Shown in pieces: positions 37,707-44,776 of a DNA stretch of 44,776 bases. The stretch lies in IMG/VR virus record IMGVR_UViG_2648501797_000002, positions 1-44,776 of that record. One strand, given 5' to 3'. Below the pieces are notes generated by a model that was given only the letters and a program-made list of their open reading frames with translations, did no database searches and was not told the DNA's origin. Both the position numbers and the translations under genes were made by a program. Numbering within the stretch: position 1 is the stretch's first letter; every line of letters starts with the position of its first letter. This DNA is from a virus. Lineage: Duplodnaviria > Heunggongvirae > Uroviricota > Caudoviricetes.

Positions 37707-39857
37707 ATGAGTGAATACGATACCGGCAATCCTGTGCCGTCTGCATCCATGCCTGATGCATGGGATAATATGCAGTCTATTGACAAGTTCGTTAATAGCA
37801 GTGATGAAACCATTACCACACGCACAGGCAAACAGTTAGATACTTTGCATGGCGTTAATGTTAAGGCGGACAACCAGCTAACGCAGCAGCAAGCAGACTT
37901 TGAAACCTCGCAAGAAGAAAGGGATGCTGTAGTTGAGGAAACCAGGCAGAACCTGATCCCTCTGAGCAAGCAATACATGACGCTTGCTGATGCGCAGGCA
38001 GATATCGCAAATATCCCGGTGGGGTCTACCACGTATTACCGCAGTCCTGATGATAGCGCGCTGGCTATTGAAGTAATTAACAATGGTGGCACTCTTGAGC
38101 CCACCGGTAGAAAAATGCCATCTAAGAAGTATATAGATGATGAAATTGCTCCTTACTCCCCTTTGTTAAATATAACCCAAGCATCAGAATTCTTTTCCTC
38201 TGATGAATATAAAGATTCTGGGGTCGAAGAGGCTATATTAGATGAAAATAAAAAAACACTACTATCCAGAAAAGGCGCTGAGTGGTTTTTTCAAAAAATA
38301 ATAGCGGGAGAAATCAGCGCAGATGAATTTTCTGCCGAAATCCTTTCAGGTAATGACATTTTGATTTCCGGGCAGAGCCTTCTTGGAATCGTTCCTTTTT
38401 TACAGGCTTCGACATTTGTCGATATATCTGAATTTTCGGATTCGGGGTATGATTCCGCAACTTTTTCTGAAAACAATAGAATCATTGTTGGCATTAAAGG
38501 GACCACCCTTTATTTTAGCAAAATTGTCGTTGGTGATGCTGTAATTGAAGGAAGCGATTTTACAGAGGTAAAGGGTGTTACTGACGCATTATCACCTCTT
38601 CCAGAGTCAGTAACATTTCTCTCACCTGATGAGTATGCAGATAGTGGATACATTTCGGCATCCACATCTGAAAACCTGGTTGTTATCGAGTCGCTGAAAT
38701 CATCGGACCTGACAAACTCAGGTCATCCTGATTACATTGCATTTAGCGAAGAGAAAGGAGGCTATGAGCAGATTTTCCTGTTTGATCGCGATACAGGTCA
38801 GCAGGTTCGTGTAACCAATACATCCAGTAATGAAACCCTGCCACGCGTTGATGGTGATAAGGTTATCTGGCAATCGGACAGGGAGACTAATCGCGCACCG
38901 GGTGGGCAGTATTATTGCTATATCAGTGATCTGACTGAGCACTCTGTAATGTCCAGGCCGATCATTTGCGGGTGGGGCCATTCAATGGTTGACAACCCCC
39001 GTATGCTGACACGCCTGCAGGAGCTAACCGGATACACGGCCTATAACTTTGGCAAAAGCTCACGCACAAGCGTTGGCACAGCTGCTGCTCAGGGTGGGCG
39101 CAGAGCGTATTACGTTCCAGTTGGCGGCAGCATTCCTGCCAGCGGTTCGGTAACTCTTTCTCCGGCAAACCCGGGGCCACTGAGTTATTTTGCCAACGCC
39201 GCAGCATCGACGCCGTTCCACGGTTCTCTGGCTGGCATTCCAGGCAATTTTGCATGGGATGGAACGAATGCCACATTTACCCGTGATGCATCTGGTGATG
39301 CGGTTAGCGTACCTGTTGCCGTGCCATTCATTTGTGATCCGGTGACCACTGGCGCTATTACCGGAGGCATTCCGGCAGGAACATCTTTCCCTCTTCACCC
39401 TGAATGTATAAATATTTTCTGGATGGGAAGGAATAATATTAGCCAGTCAATGCAGGTTCTCAGCGACACTATTGGTGTAGTTGAATACCTTAAATCTCTT
39501 GGGCAGAAGGTTATTATCCTGCCTGATTTTAACAGCAGTGTTGAGCCCCGTGGATCAGCAGGTTATGCAAACGTCATGTTATCAAACAGCATGATTAAAA
39601 AGAAATACCCTGAGTTATGGTGCGAAATTGATAGTGTTGATATGAGGGAAAACTTCGTAAACAACTATAATCCAGCATATTCTCAGGACGTTTCTGACTT
39701 TGGAAATGATATCCCTCCAACTTCATTGAAGTATGACGGACTGCATCCTAGCCAATCGAAAGAAACATCTAACGCCCCTGAATATGCATTGCAGGCTGGC
39801 GCGGACGTAAACGCTGAATTTATTTACCAGAAATTTCAATTATTAGGGTGGGTGTAA
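37707..39857 (+). CDS. Tailspike/receptor-binding protein with central PD40-like beta-propeller region and C-terminal SGNH/GDSL-type esterase domain
   Basis: C-terminal DGLHPS block-V-like motif and GWGHSM block-I-like motif; central YIAFSE...DGDKVIWQSDRE resembles TolB-type PD40 repeats; AT-rich 5' half. Confidence 0.55.
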   Translation: MSEYDTGNPVPSASMPDAWDNMQSIDKFVNSSDETITTRTGKQLDTLHGVNVKADNQLTQQQADFETSQEERDAVVEETRQNLIPLSKQYMTLADAQADIANIPVGSTTYYRSPDDSALAIEVINNGGTLEPTGRKMPSKKYIDDEIAPYSPLLNITQASEFFSSDEYKDSGVEEAILDENKKTLLSRKGAEWFFQKIIAGEISADEFSAEILSGNDILISGQSLLGIVPFLQASTFVDISEFSDSGYDSATFSENNRIIVGIKGTTLYFSKIVVGDAVIEGSDFTEVKGVTDALSPLPESVTFLSPDEYADSGYISASTSENLVVIESLKSSDLTNSGHPDYIAFSEEKGGYEQIFLFDRDTGQQVRVTNTSSNETLPRVDGDKVIWQSDRETNRAPGGQYYCYISDLTEHSVMSRPIICGWGHSMVDNPRMLTRLQELTGYTAYNFGKSSRTSVGTAAAQGGRRAYYVPVGGSIPASGSVTLSPANPGPLSYFANAAASTPFHGSLAGIPGNFAWDGTNATFTRDASGDAVSVPVAVPFICDPVTTGAITGGIPAGTSFPLHPECINIFWMGRNNISQSMQVLSDTIGVVEYLKSLGQKVIILPDFNSSVEPRGSAGYANVMLSNSMIKKKYPELWCEIDSVDMRENFVNNYNPAYSQDVSDFGNDIPPTSLKYDGLHPSQSKETSNAPEYALQAGADVNAEFIYQKFQLLGWV

Positions 39858-39858
39858 A

Positions 39859-40662
39859 ATGGGTCCGTTTGAGAAACGAAATGGTGTAATTGCCACAACT
39901 GGAGATATTCTTTATCGTGATGGCTCTATAAATAGCGGAACGAAGGGATTAATTTCATGCCATAACACATGGTCTGGCGCTGGGGCAAACCTTGCCGCAG
40001 GAGCGCAGATAAAAAATATGTGCTACGTGAATGACCACGCAACAGCAAACTCAGTGCTTACCGCCGCAGGTGGTGGCTATGCCCTTAATTCAGTGCATGC
40101 TCAAGGCATCAATCTCCCGGCATCAATGATTGCTACATCAGGGATGACAAATTATCTGTATACGTTCTGGCTGAAAGTAACAGGTGCTGCTGCAGCTACT
40201 TCCAACTCATTCCTGGTGGCTCTGACAAATGGCACACCCAGTAACGCAGCGAACACGCTGTTTTGGCTGCGCCCGACATTCTCTTCAACAACTGCCGCGA
40301 GCGCATTGCAGGTGATTAACCACGGAGAGGTGATTAATGCGTACTCATTCCTGTCAGGGCTTTTTGATGGGAATGTCCACCAGGTTGCTGTTGAGCGCGT
40401 AGTTTCTTCTGATGGAACAATGCAGAAATCGCGCCTCTACCTTGATGGCGTACTGAAGTATGAGAGCTCATTCTCAGCGATTGTTGCTTATCCGGCAGCA
40501 ATTACTCTGGCGCGGCTGGGGGATGCTGAAATAACAACGACATCACTCTCGGTGAATGGTGGAGTGTATCGCTGTCGACTAGATGACCTGACGCTAACAA
40601 GTAAAAATGCCTTAGAGATTCTTTCAGATGACATCAACCTGGTTAATGGGCGCTATAGCTAA
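39859..40662 (+). CDS. Hypothetical protein downstream of tailspike
   Basis: 267-aa coupled ORF; Ala/Ser/Thr-rich. Confidence 0.4.
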   Translation: MGPFEKRNGVIATTGDILYRDGSINSGTKGLISCHNTWSGAGANLAAGAQIKNMCYVNDHATANSVLTAAGGGYALNSVHAQGINLPASMIATSGMTNYLYTFWLKVTGAAAATSNSFLVALTNGTPSNAANTLFWLRPTFSSTTAASALQVINHGEVINAYSFLSGLFDGNVHQVAVERVVSSDGTMQKSRLYLDGVLKYESSFSAIVAYPAAITLARLGDAEITTTSLSVNGGVYRCRLDDLTLTSKNALEILSDDINLVNGRYS

Positions 40663-40731
40663 AACAATAGTTTGCTACTGCCGCAGGGATTGATAGCCAC
40701 AACCAGCATTGATCTGCCACCAACTTAAAAT

Positions 40732-40751
40732 TACTGTATATAAAAACAGTG
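40732..40751 (+). promoter_or_regulatory. LexA (SOS) box TACTGTATATAAAAACAGTG overlapping a -10-like TATA element
   Basis: CTGT-N8-ACAG palindrome matching the LexA operator consensus, 17 nt upstream of the ATG at 40768. Confidence 0.7.
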
Positions 40752-40767
40752 TTTATGGGGGGAGATC

Positions 40768-41007
40768 ATGCTTCGACAGTCAGACATCACTGCGGCTTTC
40801 CGCGAGTCGGTTTTGCGCAGTTCCAAGGGGTTCCAGTACCTTCACACCAGAGACTTCGTTACCGCGCTGCGCCGGCGCGGCATCCATTTTTCCGAGGTGG
40901 AGGCGAACTCTTGGATCGCACGCGAGCAGACGTATTTCGTCGATAAGACGCCGGACCATAGCGAAAACAGGCTGTGGATGATGGCCAACATGGGGAGGGT
41001 GATCTAA
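40768..41007 (+). CDS. Hypothetical 79-aa protein, first gene of the SOS-box cassette
   Basis: Strong RBS GGGGGGAG; ends with TAATG overlap into the next gene. Confidence 0.5.
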   Translation: MLRQSDITAAFRESVLRSSKGFQYLHTRDFVTALRRRGIHFSEVEANSWIAREQTYFVDKTPDHSENRLWMMANMGRVI

Positions 41008-41324
41008 TGGGATTCCCTTCACCCGCGACGGACTACGTCGAGCAAAGGTTGTCTGTTAACTCGATCTGCAATGTCGGCCCAAACACGCTAGTTTTCGAGC
41101 GATCTGGTGGTTACGTTGTACTGGATATCTCCCTGAAGCCAAAGCAGGGTAGTCAGATTCTGATCCAACACGGCGGCGGGACGGAACTTGCCACGCTGAG
41201 AGGAAAGGCGCTGATTACTGAAGATGGTGAAGCGATCGATGGCGAAGCCCTGGACGATGTTACTGTCATCGGGGTCGTGACATTTACTATCTGCGATGTT
41301 CGTTCTGATAATTCTATTATTTAA
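41007..41324 (+). CDS. UmuD-like protein beginning at the UmuD-prime-equivalent position and lacking the catalytic Ser
   Basis: N-terminus MGFPSPATDYVEQRLSVN matches the UmuD segment after its self-cleavage site; C-terminal LDDVTVIGVV matches UmuD; the SGDSM region is replaced by SGG. Confidence 0.6.
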   Translation: MGFPSPATDYVEQRLSVNSICNVGPNTLVFERSGGYVVLDISLKPKQGSQILIQHGGGTELATLRGKALITEDGEAIDGEALDDVTVIGVVTFTICDVRSDNSII

Positions 41325-41335
41325 CTGGGGTATAT

Positions 41336-42367
41336 ATGGCGCTGAAGCTATTAGCCAATAATAACGCAAAGAGTGTGCTCGCTGCGGGTATTAGCGCGTC
41401 CGCTACCGTTATTACCGTGGGTACTGGAGCGGGGTCTTTATTCCCTTCCCCTGTATCTGGACAGAGCTATTTCAAATTAACGATAACCGATGCGGCGACG
41501 AAAACAATTTCTGAAATTATGCACGTTACGTCTGTATCCGGTGACGTGATGACAGTAATTCGTGGTCAGGAAGGAACTACGGCGCGCGTATGGTCAACGA
41601 ATGACATTGTCGCGAATTTAATGACCGCCGGATCATTATTATCTTTCCTGCAGATCAGTAATAACCTGTCAGAAATTAAAGACGCAGGACAGGATGCGGT
41701 AAATGAAGCCCGTTATAACCTCGGAATATCTGATTCCTCTGGTTTTGTCGGGCGTTCACTTGGCGCGCCAAAAACTTTCTATGCAAACGGAACCTATACG
41801 CGATCAGCGCTGGCCCGTTTTGCAAAAATAACGATGGTCGGAGGCGGCGGTGGTGGTGGTGGGTGCCAGGCCTCAAACAATACAGAAACCTTCTCCGGTG
41901 CCGGCGGCGGCGCGGGGGCGACCATTATCGTATGGGTTGACCTGTCTGCTGCCAGTTCTTATGCGATTACTGTCGGCAAGGGTGGTAAGGGCGGAGTTGG
42001 CGCAGTAAGTGGTGCGGATGGTGGGGCTACCTCGTTTGCCAGCCTGTTCTCAGCTCCTGGCGGGAAAGGTGGCGTGAAGTCAGGAGTGTCCAATACCGCC
42101 GGCGGCGCCGGAGGTACGGCTTCGTCCGGAGATATCAGGATCAACGGAGGTGCCGGCTCAGATGGACAGACAGGGTCAAGCCTTCTGACGGGCAACGGTG
42201 GGGCGTCGTATTTTGGCGGCGGTGGCCGGGCGGGTTCTCAGGCCGGTATTGCTGGCGCAGCTCCCGGATCCGGTGGTGGTGGCGCTTATGACCTTGGGTT
42301 TACCGGTACGGCATTTACCGGTGGTGATGGTGCTACTGGCATGGCGATCGTGGAAGAATTCGCGTAA
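41336..42367 (+). CDS. Glycine-rich fibre-like protein with C-terminal domain related to that of the 36582-37451 gene
   Basis: Gly-rich blocks (GGGGGGGGC..., GGKGGVGAVSG..., GGAGG...) and terminal ...GMAIVEEFA; 11 nt after the UmuD-like gene. Confidence 0.5.
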   Translation: MALKLLANNNAKSVLAAGISASATVITVGTGAGSLFPSPVSGQSYFKLTITDAATKTISEIMHVTSVSGDVMTVIRGQEGTTARVWSTNDIVANLMTAGSLLSFLQISNNLSEIKDAGQDAVNEARYNLGISDSSGFVGRSLGAPKTFYANGTYTRSALARFAKITMVGGGGGGGGCQASNNTETFSGAGGGAGATIIVWVDLSAASSYAITVGKGGKGGVGAVSGADGGATSFASLFSAPGGKGGVKSGVSNTAGGAGGTASSGDIRINGGAGSDGQTGSSLLTGNGGASYFGGGGRAGSQAGIAGAAPGSGGGGAYDLGFTGTAFTGGDGATGMAIVEEFA

Positions 42368-42371
42368 TGGC

Positions 42372-43568
42372 TTACTCTCCTGCGCGACCATCGATGTAAT
42401 CAGCCCACCACTGCATCATTTCTCTGCGCTTATCGAGATACTGAGCATGGTTGTAAATACCGCGCACAGATCCGCCGTTGGCATGTGCCAGCTGCACTTC
42501 AATAGCGTCAGCAGGCCATTCGTGCTCGTTCATAATCGTGCTGAATTCATGCCTGAATCCGTGACCGCTTTCCAGACCTTCATAGCCGATTTGTTTGATC
42601 ACAAGCAATACCGCGTTCTCGCAGATTGGCTTCTTCTTATCGTTGCGCCCGGCAAAAACAAACTCTGAGACTGGTTTGGTGATTGAGCTTAGCGTAGTGA
42701 GAAGTTCAACCACCTGGTCTGACATCGGGACCACATGAATTTTGCGTCCCTTCATCACACTGGCGTCGATGGTGATAATCCTGTTTTCAAAATCGACGTT
42801 CTTCCATAGCATGGAACGAAGCTCTTTTGTTCTTAGGGCTGTGTAGCGTAAAACTTTGGTCGCAATGAGCGATACGATACTTCCTGAAAATGTTGCAAGT
42901 GCTTTGTTGAATGCCGGGATCTGGTCGGCAGGTAAAAACGGGAAGTTCTTCTTGCGGTATCCCTTCATGGCGTCAGCAAGGTCAGGTGCCGGGTTATATT
43001 TAGCCCTACCAGTGACAATAGCGTAACGGAAAACCTCGCCGCATCTTCTGCGGGCTTTGTTGGCTCGCTCCATTGCACCGCGATCTTCAAATCTGCGGAT
43101 TACTTCCAGCAGTTGCATCGGCTCAATATCCTGAATCTCAAGACCGCCGATGATGGGTAAAATGTCGTCATCAAACATTTTGGCAAGTTCAGTTGCATAG
43201 CCTACTGACCAGACTTGCTTCTTGTGCTCGTACCATTCCTTGTAAATCGCACTAAATGAATTGTTGTTAGACGAAGCCTTTTTCGTCTTTACCGGATCGA
43301 TGCCAACCGAGATGTCTTTCCTCGCAGTCCATGCCTTATCCCTTGCTTCCTGCAAAGTCATAAGCGGATATTTTCCGACGGTCAGGATTTTCTCCTTACC
43401 GTCAATCTTGTAGCGAAGCTGCCATACCTTTTTCCCTGACACAGGGACATAAAGGTACAGGCCATTACCATCGAGAAGGCGGTATGGTTTTTCTTTCGGC
43501 TTTGCTGCTTCAATCTGCTTAACGGTGAGCATGGGTAAAAATCCGGTGGGTAAAATTATTTTATCCAC
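42372..43568 (-). CDS. intS: Tyrosine integrase (IntS-like)
   Basis: C-terminal HGFRHEF and tyrosine-containing motifs; adjacent to tRNA-Arg 3' end; symbol assigned from the argW-adjacent genomic context in E. coli. Confidence 0.85.
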   Translation of the reverse strand: MDKIILPTGFLPMLTVKQIEAAKPKEKPYRLLDGNGLYLYVPVSGKKVWQLRYKIDGKEKILTVGKYPLMTLQEARDKAWTARKDISVGIDPVKTKKASSNNNSFSAIYKEWYEHKKQVWSVGYATELAKMFDDDILPIIGGLEIQDIEPMQLLEVIRRFEDRGAMERANKARRRCGEVFRYAIVTGRAKYNPAPDLADAMKGYRKKNFPFLPADQIPAFNKALATFSGSIVSLIATKVLRYTALRTKELRSMLWKNVDFENRIITIDASVMKGRKIHVVPMSDQVVELLTTLSSITKPVSEFVFAGRNDKKKPICENAVLLVIKQIGYEGLESGHGFRHEFSTIMNEHEWPADAIEVQLAHANGGSVRGIYNHAQYLDKRREMMQWWADYIDGRAGE

Positions 43569-43693
43569 TTTTTACCCGTCATGGAGTGCGGCTGTCAACG
43601 ATCTGACGCGAACCATGACGAACTGTGAATCTACGGGAGGCTTGATATTCAGGGGATTTTGCGGACTGGTACGGATGGGAGCGAACTGATAAA

Positions 43694-43768
43694 TGGTGTC
43701 CCCTGCAGGAATCGAACCTGCAATTAGCCCTTAGGAGGGGCTCGTTATATCCATTTAACTAAGAGGAC
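43694..43768 (-). tRNA. argW: tRNA-Arg (anticodon CCU)
   Basis: 75-nt cloverleaf on the minus strand: acceptor GTCCTCT/AGGGGAC, anticodon loop CUCCUAA, T-arm GCAGGTTCGATTCCTGC, CCA end. Confidence 0.9.
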
Positions 43769-43843
43769 AATGCGGCATGAGTATACCCGCTAATGGAGTG
43801 CGGGGTAAGTACGCTGCCGCTCGATTGCTTAAACCCTCGCCAT

Positions 43844-44776
43844 TTATGCCGGGTTTTTATAATTTTTCTTAATGTTTTCCGCACGTTCTGCTTTTTGGCG
43901 TGCTTCTGCTTTACGCTTATTGCTCATGTCGTTACGAATCTGTGCATGACTCATTAACGCGAAGATAAAGGTGCCGCCGCAGATGTTCCCCGCTAAAGTA
44001 GGTAGTGCGAAGGGCCAGATGAAATCGCTCCAGTGCAGCGTACCGTTAAACACCAGATAGAGGATTTCAACAGAACCGACCACGATATGGGTGGTGTCAC
44101 CCAGGGCAATAAGCCAGGTCATCAATATAATCACCACAATCTTTGCCGCACCCGCTGCAGGAAACATCCAAACCATAGTGGCGATCAGCCAGCCGGAAAT
44201 GATCGCGTTGGCAAACATCTCGCTGGGGGTGTTCTTCATCACATCCATGCCGATTTTGACAAATGCATCGCGAGTTTCTTCATTGAAGATAGGCATATAT
44301 TCAAATGCCCACGCCGCAATACCTGTCCCGAGAATATTACCCAGCAGCACGACGCCCCATAACCGTATAAGTAAGCCGACGTTGCTCATTGTCGGTTTTT
44401 GCATGACGGGTAGTACCGCAGTCACGGTATTTTCGGTAAATAATTGCTGGCGGGCCATAATGACGATAATAAAACCAAAGGTATAACCGAGATTCTCCAG
44501 CAAGAAGCTGCCCGGCACACCTTCCAGTTCGACATGAAATATCCCTTTTGCCAGTAACGAAGCGCCCATCGACAGACCCGCCGCAATGGCTGACCACAGT
44601 AGCGCCATTGCGTCGCGTTCCAGCTCTTTTTCACCATCCTGGCGGATATGCTCATGAATTGCCATCGCCCGGGAGGGGAGTCGGTCTTCATCTATTTCTA
44701 TTTTTTTGCCGCGCTCTTTTTCTTCGCTCTCAACTTCAATTTCGTCGCTGTGTTGATCAATTTTGTCGTTGTCCAT
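43844..44776 (-). CDS. yfdC: Host inner-membrane protein, formate/nitrite transporter family (YfdC-like)
   Basis: 310-aa multi-pass membrane ORF adjacent to tRNA-Arg, as in the E. coli yfdC-argW-intS locus (recalled); start coincides with the window edge. Confidence 0.55.
   Translation of the reverse strand: MDNDKIDQHSDEIEVESEEKERGKKIEIDEDRLPSRAMAIHEHIRQDGEKELERDAMALLWSAIAAGLSMGASLLAKGIFHVELEGVPGSFLLENLGYTFGFIIVIMARQQLFTENTVTAVLPVMQKPTMSNVGLLIRLWGVVLLGNILGTGIAAWAFEYMPIFNEETRDAFVKIGMDVMKNTPSEMFANAIISGWLIATMVWMFPAAGAAKIVVIILMTWLIALGDTTHIVVGSVEILYLVFNGTLHWSDFIWPFALPTLAGNICGGTFIFALMSHAQIRNDMSNKRKAEARQKAERAENIKKNYKNPA

Overview
This window is almost entirely one lambdoid-regulated prophage with a contractile-tail (myovirus-type) structural module, integrated at the 3' end of a tRNA-Arg(CCU) gene (argW-like) at the right edge. 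From left to right: a TorI/AlpA-like excisionase and a minus-strand early recombination operon (TraR-like zinc finger, Dam-like methyltransferase, YqaJ-like exonuclease, RecT); an OL operator cluster; a two-gene AT-rich cassette sitting where lambda carries rexAB; the cI/OR/cro/cII immunity switch; O-like and DnaC-like replication genes with ori iterons; a nin region (NinB, NinE, NinG) and a Q antiterminator with its late promoter/terminator; a phage-encoded tRNA-Gly(UCC); lysis genes (holin, SAR endolysin, Rz/Rz1); terminase, portal, head, sheath, tube, frameshifted chaperones, tape measure and baseplate genes; a receptor-binding locus with an SGNH-esterase tailspike and glycine-rich fibre-like proteins; a LexA-box-controlled cassette that includes a degenerate UmuD-like protein; and a tyrosine integrase next to the tRNA. 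The rightmost gene is a host FNT-family membrane protein (YfdC-like). The left prophage boundary lies outside the window. The most interesting candidates for undescribed biology are the rexAB-slot cassette (5525-7026), the SOS-box cassette (40732-42367) and an AT-rich moron pair inside the baseplate operon (32764-33444). All calls are from reading the sequence and ORF translations by eye; no database search was run, and family names recalled from memory are marked as such.
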